64,000 nt of DNA, taken from NCBI GenBank assembly GCA_964016885.1, contig OZ024745.1, positions 56,358,001-56,422,000 on the forward strand. The letters are read 5' to 3'. The notes below the pieces were generated by a model that searched no databases, was not told the DNA's origin, and was given only the letters and a program-made list of their open reading frames with translations. Position numbers and translations under genes: made by a program. How positions within the stretch are numbered: position 1 is the first letter of the stretch; every line of letters begins with the position of its first letter. This DNA comes from Eledone cirrhosa (lineage: Eukaryota). This document shows positions 40,083 to 54,032 of the stretch, one piece after another.

Positions 40083-40165
40083 TACGATCTTTGTACGTTT
40101 TGTACGATCAGCATGAGAAAGCGCCTCTACGATCAGCATGAGAAAGTGCCTCTACGATCAGCATG
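40083..40165. repeat. 24-bp tandem repeat TACGATCAGCATGAGAAAGYGCCTC
   Basis: About 2.5 units visible. Confidence 0.8.
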
Positions 40166-43100
40166 TGAATGTGCAAGCTGACGAATGACATATGCGTGTA
40201 CTGCGGTAGACGTGTGCGTACCTGTCAGTGAGTACATTTATATTTGTGTTTTCTGTTTATATCACGTAATTTAGTAAATAGAATAATGGTAAGGATGTAA
40301 TATTTACCAGGCTTTAAAAATGTACTGGGTTCAATATGACCTGCTAACAACTATTGGCGCCCCAGCATGACCGCCATCGAAAGAGCGAAAGAAGTAAAAT
40401 ATTTATATCCCCTCGATGTATTTCTTCATCCATCAATTACACTATTCATTATAAATTACACTATTATTCCTGTAACTAAAGTGATCATGAAGGAAGCAAA
40501 TTAAATCTGGTCTCCTGAATTTAATTTCCTTTCAATCTTCGAAATGTTATTTGATTATGCCATTTTACTTTCGGAAATCAAATCCAAATTTTGACAATGC
40601 CTTTTTTGTTTTATAAAATTGTTAAAATATCTATTATTAAAAATATAAACAAATCCGTTATGGTGAAATGATAAGCAGATATCTATGATTAAATAGGAAT
40701 AGAAATATATGAATGTTTGTTTATTATATACTGTTGTTTTACATCGCATTCAATGTAGCTTAAACACTCAGTTGGTTTGCAAAGAAAGAGAAGAACAATT
40801 AAATAACATATCAACAATAAATACAAACTACAGAAAAAAAGAAAAGCAACAAAAATGCAATAAAGTAAACATTAATCTGTTTAATCTAACGGTTTAACTT
40901 GAAGAAAAATTCGAAGATTTAAACACACAGAAAAGCAAGAAATGTCGCAAAACTCTTAGGGTATCTTATTGATTTATATCATTAATATCGAAGGATTGCA
41001 TTAAACCATCTTCACAAATATTTACGTACTTGGTTTTATAACAAAATGACGTTAAACCGAGCTTTATAACATTTAACACTTAATTTGCTCTGAATTAAAA
41101 AAAAACGTAGATTGTTCATATCGATCGCCATAGGAAGAGTTTTAAATAGACGCACACAAATATTCACGCACTAATAACGTGCCTTCTGTATCTTGAATTT
41201 AGGTCAAGATATATCATTGTGAACGTAGCTATCTTTCCGATTAAATGCAATGAACACATTAATGCACTAAACAAAGCGTGTTCACTATTTTGAATTTAGA
41301 TAATGATATATCTTCATAAAAACTTAAACATCACAAAATAAACGAATGGAGAGAAAATATGGGATTGACTCAATTTGACGTCTTTCACCTTGTTTTGTCT
41401 TTGTATACTGAGTGAGATGTAAATATTAACGTGACTTAAAAGAATCTGTTCTGGTTACCTAGTCAAATATGGGGCATCAATTAACGAAACAGTGTGTGCT
41501 CTTCTTTTGTATATCCGGTAATGAAAAGAGTACAGGTTTTTAACTACGTGTGTAATGTTTCTTGAAATTCGATGAGCAAATGTAAAGAAACATCCTTTTT
41601 TCGTGGTGTGAACAAAAAAGAATCTCTTACCTAGTTTTATTTATCCGATGTGCGTTCTCTATTGAACACACTTCAATATTTATAAATAATTGACACCGAA
41701 AATATTTATACAGATACGCCTAACAGATTCAACGAAATCATGACAAATGGTGGCTATTAATCAATATAACGCATATCTATAAAGTTGGGTGAGAATGTAA
41801 TCAATTAACCAGCATTATGATGACTAATATCTTCAATTGTTTACTTTGCTGTATGGTAATGCACATTGAAATTAACGAACACGCGCTGTTTAATGAATCA
41901 GTTTACGCTGGAGAGCAAAACTAATCTTTGATTTCGTGTTATAGGAATGTATATATCTGATTCCCAAAGTATATTTCATGATGAATTAAAGTAATTTTGT
42001 CACATTACGCCATAGTTTTGTTCGACATTGAAATTACGTTTTAATGACTCACATAGAATAAAATAAAATAGGAAATATATGTTCGTAGTTTAAAAGTAGC
42101 TTGGTTTGCTTTTCTTTGTAATTTGCCTCACACTTGCCGGTATCTTTGAACATTTCAGCAATGTCCAGCAAAATTACTAGGTCTACATATTTCTTGGTAT
42201 ATCAAATATCCTGATGACAATGCTTGCCATGTTTATGATTTACCGCTCGTAGAAATTTCACACCAATAGATTTTAGCCAGCAAAAATGTAGATCCATTGA
42301 AAAGTGTGCAAAACGTCACAAACTCTATGTTTCTACAGACTATCAAATATATTTGTTCGAAACTATATTCCATTCATTTATGGACACCTTTTCTCAATAT
42401 AAATGTATAGATGACGCACCACTATACGTATGAGCAACGATAAAATTGATATAGTTCAAATATGAACGGCATATTTGATTGGTAAGAACTAGGCAGTGAA
42501 CACAGAAAAAAAGCAACAAAATAAAAAAACGATGACCATATTGAGAACTAAAAGAAGTTGAGGGTCTCAAACACATTTGTAGCTACATTTCTGTGAGTAA
42601 CAACGAGATCTTTTCTTAGATATAGTTGTCTTGGTTGCCACATCTATTTTACAATATTCTAATAATAATAGAAAATATCTGCCCATTTCGGAAAACTTAG
42701 CAATTGAACATAATCACGAAATAGTCTTTATCATATCTGCAATAAATGCAGCTGTTGAACAAATCTTTAGAAAATATGACTGGTATCCTACTGCGATACA
42801 TGAAAATATCTACTAATGGCAGAGAATACCAGGAAGATATTTCCTAAAGTCAACAATAGCCGACATACTTAATTTACGGTAATCAAGTATATAGAATTAA
42901 AGATATGCTTATTTGCATACATGCTACTGTGCAGATATACTAGTTAAATCATTTCTTACCGTTTACATAAAGCTATAATAATCTACTGCGTTTCATCTTT
43001 CTATTTGTTATTTTATTCCTCAGTGTTGCAGCTTGCATTATAATAATAATTTTGTTGTTAGAAATTTGGCAATGAATATTGCTGTAAATCACTATCATTA

Positions 43101-44225
43101 CTACTGCTGTAGTAGAAGCAGCTGTAGTACTTATAGTTATAGTAGTTATTGCTGCTGCTGGTGTTCTTAAACTTCATTATCATAATCATCATCCTCATGA
43201 ACATCATCATCTTCGTCGTCGGCAGTGTCATCATCATCATCATTATATTCTTCTTCTTCTTCTTCTTCTTCTTCTTCTTCTTCTTCTTCTTCTTCTTCTT
43301 TATATATCACTTTTAACCTCATCGACATCAATGCTATTATTTGAATGTGTAGAATTCCTATTGCCACATTTTGCTGAAGTTGCTACATTTCTAAGGAGAG
43401 TTGGCATTGTGTTAATCGTTAATTCATTTGTCAACATTTTTAGATTTAAGTTTCTTCATAAAAACATGCCATCCTAATTTCTATAGATGTATGTATTTAT
43501 AATTATATTACTCTCATCGAAACATTAATCACTGATAAGGATTTAAGAAATACTGTTTCTTACGAGCTCATTCTATATTCATCATAACATTATTTTTTCC
43601 TTCAAGATTGTTTTTCCTGTTATTTAATTATACCTCTTTTAGCCTCCAGGTTCTATGCATGATAAAGTGCAACGAAACTATAAATAATATATCAATTCAT
43701 ATCTATATACATGTATTCACACATAAAATTCCTAAAATGGCATATTCACCACGTAATCTAAAACTAAGCTTCCCTTTCTTAGACGGATGTTACAGAAGGC
43801 TGCTGGTTCAATATTCCGTAGAAAATATACCAATATATTTGGAAAAAACAAAAACCACAGATGTATTGGCAAAGCCTGAATCATAATTGTGTTGTATATG
43901 GAAACGTACGATATGTTTATGCATAAAAAATCCCATTTAGCCTCGTTAAAATATTATTTTAATTAGCTGTGATCATGTTACTGCTTTCTAAGGAACAAAG
44001 AGGTATATATATATATATATATATATTTCGTTTCTGAATTTGTTTAGCAAGATTCTTTATCTGAAAACGTGTGTTGAAACCGATATTGTTATACTTTGGG
44101 AGGGTCATGTTGCCAATAAGAAACACACGCACCAGTTGCTTTCACTTCAATTTATTATAATAAATTTATAAATTTAAGAAATTTATAAATTTAGTTCCAC
44201 AACCAGATGGTTGTTTATATATATT

Positions 44226-44268
44226 GTCAAAGTTCTTTCGTCACACATTCTGTGACCTCTTCAGTGAC
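44226..44268 (-). ncRNA. Minimal type I hammerhead ribozyme
   Basis: GTCA-CTGAAGA-G-GTCACA-gaatg-TGTGAC-GAAA-GAAC-TT-TGAC; stems I and II paired. Confidence 0.75.
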
Positions 44269-44533
44269 TGGGGATTCTTTTCTTTGTTTTTGTGCCTCTC
44301 CTTTGTTCTGTTCTACGCCATCTTGTTTCTGTGTGTGTGTGTGTCATGCGCCAGATCCGGGTGTCTGTGTGTGTTTATATTCGTTTATTTATTTGTTTAT
44401 TTACATGTTACAGGCTGGTTGTTTGTTCTATGTGCGTGTGTGTTTTCATTTTGTCCTTAATTGTAAGTTGTGATGTTGCTGTTCCACTCATGTTTTCTAT
44501 TTAATTTTGGTTGTAATTCTTTTTTTTTATGAC

Positions 44534-44572
44534 CTGAAGAGGTCACAGAATGTGTGACGAAAGAACTTTGAC
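44534..44572 (+). ncRNA. Hammerhead core copy lacking the 5' strand of stem I
   Basis: The inverted arm starts exactly at CTGAAGA. Confidence 0.55.
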
Positions 44573-44767
44573 AATATATAAACAACCATCTGGTTGTGGA
44601 ACTAAATTTATAAATTTCTTAAATTTATAAATTTATTATAATAAATTGAAGTGAAAGCAACTGGTGCGTGTGTTTCTTATTGGCAACATGACCCTCCCAA
44701 AGTATAATAATATCGGTTTCAACACACGTTTTCAGATAAAAAATCTTGCTAAACAAATTCAGAAACG

Positions 44768-44820
<53 letters not shown>

Positions 44821-44915
44821 AGTCATAGTGTTTACATTATTTAATCACTCTAGTGAAATTATAATATGAAAGCTCGTCGGACCCCTGTAGTAGTCAATGT
44901 CATTACTACTACAGG

Positions 44916-45000
44916 GGTCCGACGAGCTTTTGATTACAGACTCGGGCTAGATCGATACAGATCGAACATTATGCTGATCAGCAGCGAAATGCGCGTCACC
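44916..45000 (+). ncRNA. Hammerhead-like motif with CCGACGA core and extended stem II
   Basis: GGT-CCGACGA-GCTTTTGATT...GATCAGCAGC-GAAA-TGCGCG-TC-ACC, overlapping a perfect 26-bp fold-back at 44869-44930. Confidence 0.6.
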
Positions 45001-45159
45001 AATCAATAAACGTAATGAAGGAGTAACCATTCTTCCTTTCATTATTATATAACACTCTGTCTAGCTCTACACCTCGATACTGACGTGAACCTAAACATAG
45101 GGTGCACTACTCTTTACACTTTCTGGATATATATATCACGGACGCTCTATCTCAAAATT

Positions 45160-45197
45160 ATTTTTGAAAAGCATTAGAAATGCGCAACCGGTAAAAC
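45160..45197 (+). ncRNA. Hammerhead motif, U3-A8 variant, GAAA mutated to GCAA
   Basis: TTT-TTGAAAA-GCATT-aga-AATGC-GCAA-CCGG-TA-AAA; upstream flank resembles that of 20442. Confidence 0.6.
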
Positions 45198-45305
45198 TTA
45201 AAACCAAAACTGAATACTAACCAATACAATTACTAATTCTCACTTATTCCTAATTAAACTATTTTTCACTGTGAACAATTTGTCAGCATTTTCTATTCCG
45301 TTTAC

Positions 45306-45397
45306 CAAGGTTGACTTTGCCTTTCATCCTTACGGGGTCGATAAAATAAAGTACCAGTAATGAACTGGGTTATTGCTGGCCTTGTGCCTAAAGTAGA

Positions 45398-45402
<5 letters not shown>
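45306..45402 (+). mobile_element. 5'-truncated SINE
   Basis: 3' half of the SINE consensus. Confidence 0.85.
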
Positions 45403-45446
<44 letters not shown>

Positions 45447-45689
45447 GTGTGTTTGTATACATTTATACATAGGTAGGTGTACAAAAGAATTAATAACAAA
45501 TCAACATGTCTTGCGTGTCCATTTGATACGACTGTATTATTTACCCAGCACTGCTAAGTAACTTATGGATTACCTATTGTGTGCACTATGATAATTAGTT
45601 TGCATTTTCTCACTTGCAAATCTATTAGCTTCTCGAGTGAGTTTGTTGCCAAAGTTCGCTGAAGCAAATTCGGTGAACTTCGGAAAATA

Positions 45690-45861
<172 letters not shown>

Positions 45862-45987
45862 ATATACATGCCTAGATACATACTATATGTTTAGAGTGAA
45901 GTGTCCCCATGATTTCGAGTGTATATAACTAAGGTAACATTTGCTATCATTAGAACACTATTAATGTTTCAAACACAATCACATACA

Positions 45988-46040
<53 letters not shown>

Positions 46041-47019
46041 GATTTGTCCATTAACAAATGGATTGGTAGGAAGTTACATTATCTCATCGAAATAGCTATC
46101 TTGTCACATTAATGACCCAAGTATTTAATTGATTTCCACATAACAAATTGTAATAGAAGGTAACTCAACAATTAGAATTTTATTCCTTCATTGTCAAACA
46201 TGAATCTTTAAAAATTGCATTTAATTTACTATGTGTACGTCACTCACCCTATAAAATATTATTGTCCTAGAAGAGAAAAATCCGAAAACAAAAACAAAAT
46301 ACACCAAGTAACAGCAATGACCCAAGTTGACCCAAGTTTGAAATGCTGCCTTCAAATATACAATCACTTTTCCATTATCTGTTCTACTCCCAAGATTCAC
46401 CATAACCCTTTCTATAATGATATATTAATTCATGCTCTTTATTCGGAGACACTACCCTTTAATCTGTAATTCTCGTCACAAATTTCTAACCCTGAAATAA
46501 GGCACTTATTTAAACATCATCAAGAAGGTAAACGTTTAGTTCTGTTTGCATGTACATATGTGTCTCGATATGGGTGTAACTCTATGTGTGATCAGTATAT
46601 CGTGAATTATATATATGCACATGTATGTATTTATTCATCTACACGGAATATTTTACATATTTTTACACTTCCAATAATGGAATTTACTTTCAATTTCCTA
46701 ATTATTCGTTCTCTATATTTATGCTAATTGTGTTAGGAAGATATATTGGTACATAGTTCCAAACACCTGCTTAAGACAAGGGCAACGCTCCAAGAAGTTA
46801 TTCCACTTAATATTCAACCGTTGTCGCATTTAGGTTGTTCACTTGCGCCTTTATCAGGTATTTGATTAGTATTTCCTGTTCTTGGATTTCAAAAGCATAT
46901 GCTTCAAATTGAAATATTATGTACCAGTGGTTGGTCGACTACAGATTATTTTCATTATGTATGTATGTATGTATGTATGTATGTATGTATGTATGTATGT
47001 ATGTATGTATGTATGTATG

Positions 47020-47566
47020 TTCTTCTGGTTTTATAATTTCACAAATTGTTTACCAATTGAGAGAGAGAGAGTCGGTTTCTAACACAGACACAAGACTCTC
47101 ATTGAAATTTACACGACATCAACTAGGTAGATATGTATGCATGTCTGATATGGATGTTATTGTATGTGTGGATGTGTATGTTTTGAGTTGTATTTGTGCA
47201 TCTGTATATGCTTTGTATCTGTACATCTGTATATGCAGTTATTAGATGCAAACGTTTTGGAATGTTTTACATATTGTTACTGTTCCATTAATGGATTGTA
47301 CTTGTAATTTCCTAACTAGTTGTGTTCTTTCTGTTCCTGTGAAGCCCAGCTTCTCAGGATCTGTATTGAGGCAGTTACTAACATACCCCATTGCCCCAAT
47401 AATTATATGCATAAATCTGAAGGTGTAAACAGGGTGGAGTATCTGCAGATTTCAAATGAGTTCTGTATAAATATTCTCCTTTTCGCTAATCTTTGATATT
47501 ATATTGGCATCTGCTGGGCAGCTAACTTCCACTACTCAGCATGGTTTCTTTTCCCTATCCCATATC
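47020..47566 (-). mobile_element. Dong/R4-type retroelement 3' fragment (REL endonuclease end plus 3' UTR) in (TACA)n
   Basis: Homologous to 55915-56480 with an identical 3' junction. Confidence 0.8.
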
Positions 47567-47652
47567 ATGTATGTATGTATGTATGTATGTATGTATGTAT
47601 GTATGTATGTATGTATGTATGTATGTATGTATGTATGTATGTATGTATGTAT

Positions 47653-48248
47653 TATGTCAGGTCACCAGTTGGTGCTACTGGTAACATGTATCCCAGTACA
47701 ACCTGTCTCATGGTCGGGTCGTTGGCGACTAAACTGGCAACCCCACCAAGGTGTTTTGGTGAGGAGGGTGACTTTGGACATCCTGCAGGACTAAAAACAA
47801 AACCTGTCAAAGGGCAAAGGAGCTCTTAAGAGTCAATGGCCATCCAAAATCACCGGGAGAGATGACCCCTTAGCCTTTGTCAAGGCAGAATTCTAGGAGA
47901 AGGAAAACTCTGATATAGCACCTGCAACCCTGATGGTATCCAATGATGTTGACTTGTTCTCTTTTTGGTAAATATCATCTTGGTTAAGAGAGTGGGACTG
48001 GCTTTGTGCAGTGCCTTTGCTCACTATAAAAGCTTCACGGCACAGGCATTGCTTTATATCTGGAGATCTCTCTGCACTTATCGTCACATTGTACCATGGG
48101 CCCAGCACTATGTGTCAATAATTGTCGCAAGTGTAGTGTTTGTACCAGAGTTTTCAAGTCGCTGGCTGGACTAAAAAGTCACACTCGTTCAGCGCATCGG
48201 TAGGGGTTCTCCTACATGGATATAAAGTAGTGGCCGTACTCGAAAACG
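47653..48248 (-). mobile_element. (TACA)n-associated repeat unit, probable 5' region of the Dong/R4 element
   Basis: Highly similar to 55355-55899 and 56934-57461. Confidence 0.65.
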
Positions 48249-51200
48249 TATGTATTAGCCAAGTACTGAATATAACACAACACAATTTCAATCATTTACC
48301 TCTGTCTATGTTAAACACTCTGTAGAGTCGTAGGATCAATTGACCATCAAAGGTACAGTGTTTGAGGTGTATCCAACATTAAGAGTTAAAAACATAAGGA
48401 AAAGGATTGCCTTCGGTTAATCGTTAAACACTGTAAGACATTGGTAAATAATTGATTTACACCAAAAGGCTTAGTCAATTACAGAGAATTAATATTTCAC
48501 TAGCCAATATGTTATCAATAGAATACAGAAAGAAGAAAATCTGTTTTCAGCGATGGGATTTCAACTGTCAGTTCAACATATTAGTATTTGAGTGTATTTT
48601 GCCTTTTAACCTACTGCAGGCATTAAAATAACAGCGATGACTTAAAGTAGATTCAAATAGATGCATCCATAGTTCCAACTCCATCCTTTTCTGAGTGAGA
48701 CAAATGGTTGTGTGTAATTGCATGTTTGTGTGTATCTGTGAGTGTGTGTGTATTTGTACATGTGTGTGTTATAATCAACATATATCTACTCACGTTCGAA
48801 TCATTGCATCGAACAAGCCAGTTATATGAATTCTAGAAAAAGGTCTATTAGAGACAGCTTTTCGGATATGTCGAATATTACTCAAATAGGTAATTCATGG
48901 ATTGTCAGTACCCTGGAGAGCACAAATAATAAGTACAATAATACTGACTTTATGTATAATTTCTTGAAACAACCAACACTACAATAATCACAAAGAATGT
49001 TTGCATACTCGGTTTTAACTGACAAATCTCCATTGTATTCTATAATTCAAACTTTTCAGTAGTAAAACATAGAACATACAATTTTATATAATATGACAAG
49101 TGTTATAATAAAATAACCATGTTCGTATTTGAAGCAAATACAAATTACTTGCAGAAACTGGTGGCAGGTGCAAGAATCGTCTTCTGTAAGTGAGTTCCCT
49201 GTCCTTTTAGAATGAAGCCAAAACACCTTTTAGAAATAGTCTCGAGTTTAAATGTCTTTAAAGTTACTGTGCGCAGCCTCCTATCCAGCTCTTATTCACT
49301 GCAGCCAATGAGCCAATAAAGGTGTATCGAATCAACAAGGGATATTTTACTGAGTCATACTGTGAATAGTATACCAAAGTGCTTAAAAACCATGGGACAT
49401 TTGACAATATGATCATAGAAATAAGAAGAGATGGTACGGTCATAGATAGAATGTCTTTGATCACATAGCGTCTAGATCAGCTTTATTCTAGAGAAAACTT
49501 AAAATCAAAAAGTTAAAATGTCATATTATGAATTGATCAAACGGGAAAATTTCTGCATATATGATAAACTCCATCGCTACAAATACAAGAAATGAAATAA
49601 CGTAGATTCCATCATAATATAGGAGTGAAAACGAAATGCTTGTTCCTTTAATATAATCAGAGTGCATGTTGAAACATGATTGTAAGCACGGCACTTGCTA
49701 ACGTAAGGATGAAAAAAAAAAGGATGATAAAATATAAAATATAAATGCTTGCTTTTTCTCCCATTCCATCTCTAGTAGGGTCCAAACATTATGAAAAACA
49801 AAACAATATAAAAAGCCAAAATATAAATAAAAACACAAAGAACACGCAAACGGAGTCAATGATGATGATGATGATGATCCTGATGATGATCAACGTCATG
49901 ATTGTGGTGTTGTTGGTAGTAGTGATATTAATAATCATGCCGAATACCACGATGATAACCATAATAGAAAAATTGGAAAAGTATGAGGTCGAAAATAAGA
50001 TCACGTGGACTGAAATAGAGAGAAACCTAGGCTTGCTAAGATGAAGCAAATGGGAATAAAGCGGAAAAGAAAATGAGGAAAGTGGCAGAAAACTCAACAA
50101 CGAGAACAAACAAACCAACAAAAAATAAAATAAAATAAGAAGAAATGATAACGACAGAAACGACAATATTACTAATAATTGCGTGAATGTGCAGGTCGTT
50201 AAATGTTATCAAAAATCAAGCACAAAATATTTGTTGAAAGAAAGATCCGACAGTTGAACAAAACGTCAGAGAATTTATTGCTTCCATCAGGCAACCGCAT
50301 AATGCTTAAATAAAAAGGATTCTTTTAAAAACGAAAGACAAAACTATGAAAATAAAAATATTATAAATAATCATGAAATAAATAGTCGAATAACAAGTAA
50401 AATAACAACATAAAAAAATAAATTTATAAATTATAACATTGAATTCATCATTTCAGATTAATCTGTCTTTACCTCTTTTGTTGTTTATTTGTTTTTAATG
50501 TTTAATGTTTTCTTTTAAGTCGAACAAAGTAGAAAAGAACATCATGTCTTGTTCTAAAACATATTCGCCATTCCAATTTTGTTTTATGATACCACCTCCG
50601 CCAACCACCACTACCATTATCATCATCGTAATCACTCTATTCAATTATATTATTTTCTCTTGTCCTTCCTACTCCACCTTCATTCACATCCTTATTTCAC
50701 CTCCCCTTACTTTTTATCCATCTCCTCCTATTCATGATTATGAACCTTATCTCCCCCTTCAACTGAATCACCACCATCAATCATAATCATCACCGACATC
50801 CACTTTCTATCCTTGTTCACCATCATCATGATCACCAAGAAGATGATCCTGATCATGATCCTCCTCCTTCCCCTCATCAAGATTATGATAATCATGATCG
50901 CCATTATTATTATAGTCATTTTAATGGCACCACTTTTATCAGAAGCACTTTAAAAAAATGAAACCGGAATCACTATCGAATAAAACACGGGAGGATTGGT
51001 GATTAGATTTCAACTTATTTCCTGTTACTGACAACTAGATAATGATTTTGTAGTAGTATACACAAGAAATATTTTACAGAAAATCAACGCATATATGTTC
51101 TTCAGTAACAAGGTTGCTTCTGTTTCACACATTTATAACTATATTGAGGCGAGATATAATTCGAGTTATTTAATTTCTCGGACCTTAACTGTTCACCAGA

Positions 51201-53135
51201 AGAATTCATCTTTCCGCTTAAACCATGAAATCATGAAATTAGAAATAATACATGACATAAAATATATTATAATATATATATATTAGTTATTTCAAAGCAA
51301 ATTAGCAAACCAAACTCTGTGTGTTAATCCTCCTACTATAGTTACTTTTCAAAGAATTAGCGAAATATATACCACTGCCCAATATAGGGTCATCTTATCC
51401 GTATATGTGTTTTGGTCTATACTACATAAAACAGACGCTGTTTGTCTACGTATCACGATTTGTTGCTCGAAAAATAGATTTAAATAAATTATTTCTGGCT
51501 CGGCATGTTTAAATAAACGTTTGAATACGGTGATTCAGCATGCTTGAAATCTAATGAAAATTTCGTAAATGTCTAAAAATCCTGCGGAGCATTTGGCGTT
51601 TCAAGGAGCCCATAGCTTTATTCCTGCATTCGCAGCTTTCCACGTACACTACTTGGTTCCTTCATCATATTGGCATTTGTTTGTCCTGTGGTGGTACTGT
51701 CCCTAGCACGGAACACCGTAAGGCAATAGGTTTCCTCTAGGTTTTTCTTTGTGAGAAGCACTGTCTCACTGTCTCACCTGCGCCAAGTTATTTTTGCTGG
51801 GAGACTTGATCGAATGTATGTATATATATATATATAAGCACGTGCGTATGTGTGGGTGTACACGTGTGTGTGTGGGTGTACACGTGTGTGTGTGTGTGTA
51901 TGTATACATGACACACATAAACAATCTATTTAAAAAATCAAAATAAGACGGAAATTATGGGAACAGAACCACTTATTACAATTGAACTATGTGTTTTATA
52001 CAGGGCAACGTATTAATTTCGGTTTTGATATAAAAAAGAAAAGTATCTTAACACTATATGAAGAATGAAAAATGCCAAACATAGATTTTGATAGAAAGAG
52101 AGAGGGAGATGTGAATAGATAAAGAAATATCTTGCAGTTGAACGGTAAAAACTTAGGTTATTTCCTCCTCTGCAGCTACCTGTGGCTTATATTTCCTACT
52201 CTTAGTCCCACTTCTACTTCAATGGAACGTTCATTCTTTCTACACATATAATCCGATTTGCATTAAAAAAGAATTTGTTAATGGAATATTCCAAGATGAA
52301 TCTTGATATCGCTATCTAATTTTGTGGTGGTTTGCTGAGAAATGGAGACGGTGTTTCAAGAAAAAACATTCAAATTTGAGTCTACGTATATATATATGTT
52401 CAAGACTAAACATTTCAAGATGAGTGGACAATCGATTAAATATCACCTACATATGAGTTTAGGGTTTGTATAGGAGACGGAAATTCATTGCAATAAAGCG
52501 CATGCCTTAAATATTTCAGGGTTCAATAAAAGAAATAATTAATAAAAAAACTAGACTTCGTTTTCTACGTCATTTCCCAATAACATTAACCACATTTGAC
52601 ACCTTCACGACCTATACTGTTACTAGCTGCAGTTCACAGAATATCAGTTGGAGGAAGAGTTAGGGAAAGAGAATATATTTTATGAAAGGTAGAATAGTAA
52701 TAGTGTAATATACAATAAAGAGATCATATTCTTGAGTGTTTACCCTCACTTTTCCTCTTTCGTTTTGCTTTCTTCTCTAGCCATGGAACATTCTGACTGA
52801 AACTGCTACTACCCCCCCCCCATCAACTGAAGTATAATACCTTTTTATCTTCTACCTCACACCATTACAGTTTCCCATCTCAAGAAAAGTATTCTTCTCT
52901 ATCTGTGTGTCTCTTCCACCTACGGCCTAACGTACATACTAGCATACTTGAACAATGAGAATTACGACTAACGTAAGAAAATTATCAGAAAAAAACGAAG
53001 GACGCATTTGCACGTGAATTTAATTCACCAATAACTTAAAGTATTATACGATGAAAATAATTGATTATGAACATAGAACATAATGTGTTGTTACGCTTTT
53101 TGTCTAAAGATCTAACAATGTAGCCCTTGTAAAAA

Positions 53136-53286
53136 TAATTGTTTCTACTTTTGGTACAAGGCCATCAATTACCCAGTACATTACTAGTACTTTATTTTAT
53201 CGACCCGGTAAGGATGAAAGGCAAAGTTAACCTCGGCGGCGTTTGAACTCAGACCGCAAAGGAACTTAAATATGCTGGAAAGCATG
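53136..53286 (-). mobile_element. tRNA-derived SINE with TSD GCCCTTGTAAAAATAAT
   Basis: Direct repeat at 53123-53139 and 53286-53302. Confidence 0.9.
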
Positions 53287-53983
53287 CCCTTGTAAAAATA
53301 ATAGAAGAAAAGTAGCATCTCCATCGCAATTCTCGAGCAATTCTACATAACCAAAAACCTATGTTAGTAGATTATATATCATACCTGATATGATTATAGA
53401 TCAAGTTAAACCCGGTTAGATTTGAAATTAAATGCAAAGACAAATATAGGAGTTATTAGTAATTCACTAATGCATCTTGTGTTAACCAGAGAAAACGAAA
53501 GGAATGCGACCATGGCATAATTTGAACATAGAACGCAAGATAACGGCACTCTTGGTGCATTCCATTATGTATCAAATTGTACATAATAACTACAATGATT
53601 TTCTTACATTGGCACCTATCCAAATTTGTAGGTAAGGGTACAGTTGATAACATCGAGCATAGCATTTATTCAGTATTAGAATATGCCGACCTCGGGTGGT
53701 GGTAGTCTCACCTGGAGATGCGTAGACATGTAACTGGTACGTGAATAGAGTTGCAAATTTTACATCGTGGTTTGCTCTCTAATTATTCTGCATAGGGACA
53801 CATAAGAAGTAAATAACTATAACATGGCAGCAACGATATTCATGGTATGTGAGATGGTGGAAATATATCCAACAGGAATTTGCTTTATAAAAATAGATTA
53901 TATATATCTTGAAATATAGATATTTGCACTAACCAAAGATACATACATAATGCACACATACACACATACACATATATATATAT

Positions 53984-54032
<49 letters not shown>

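Larger units (their letters stand above)
44026..44770 (-). mobile_element. 5'-truncated Penelope-like element with inverted pLTRs in (TA)n
   Basis: Arms 44026-44264 and 44534-44770 are near-perfect reverse complements. The spacer encodes the GIY-YIG end KELQPKLNRKHEWNS...* (44522-44457, minus) plus 3' UTR. Confidence 0.9.

Noticed and set aside
49154-49184. Possible small exon (TTGCAG...GTAAGT); a similar one at 54858-54896
   Set aside because: Splice-like signals alone are expected by chance in 64 kb; no coding or transcript evidence.
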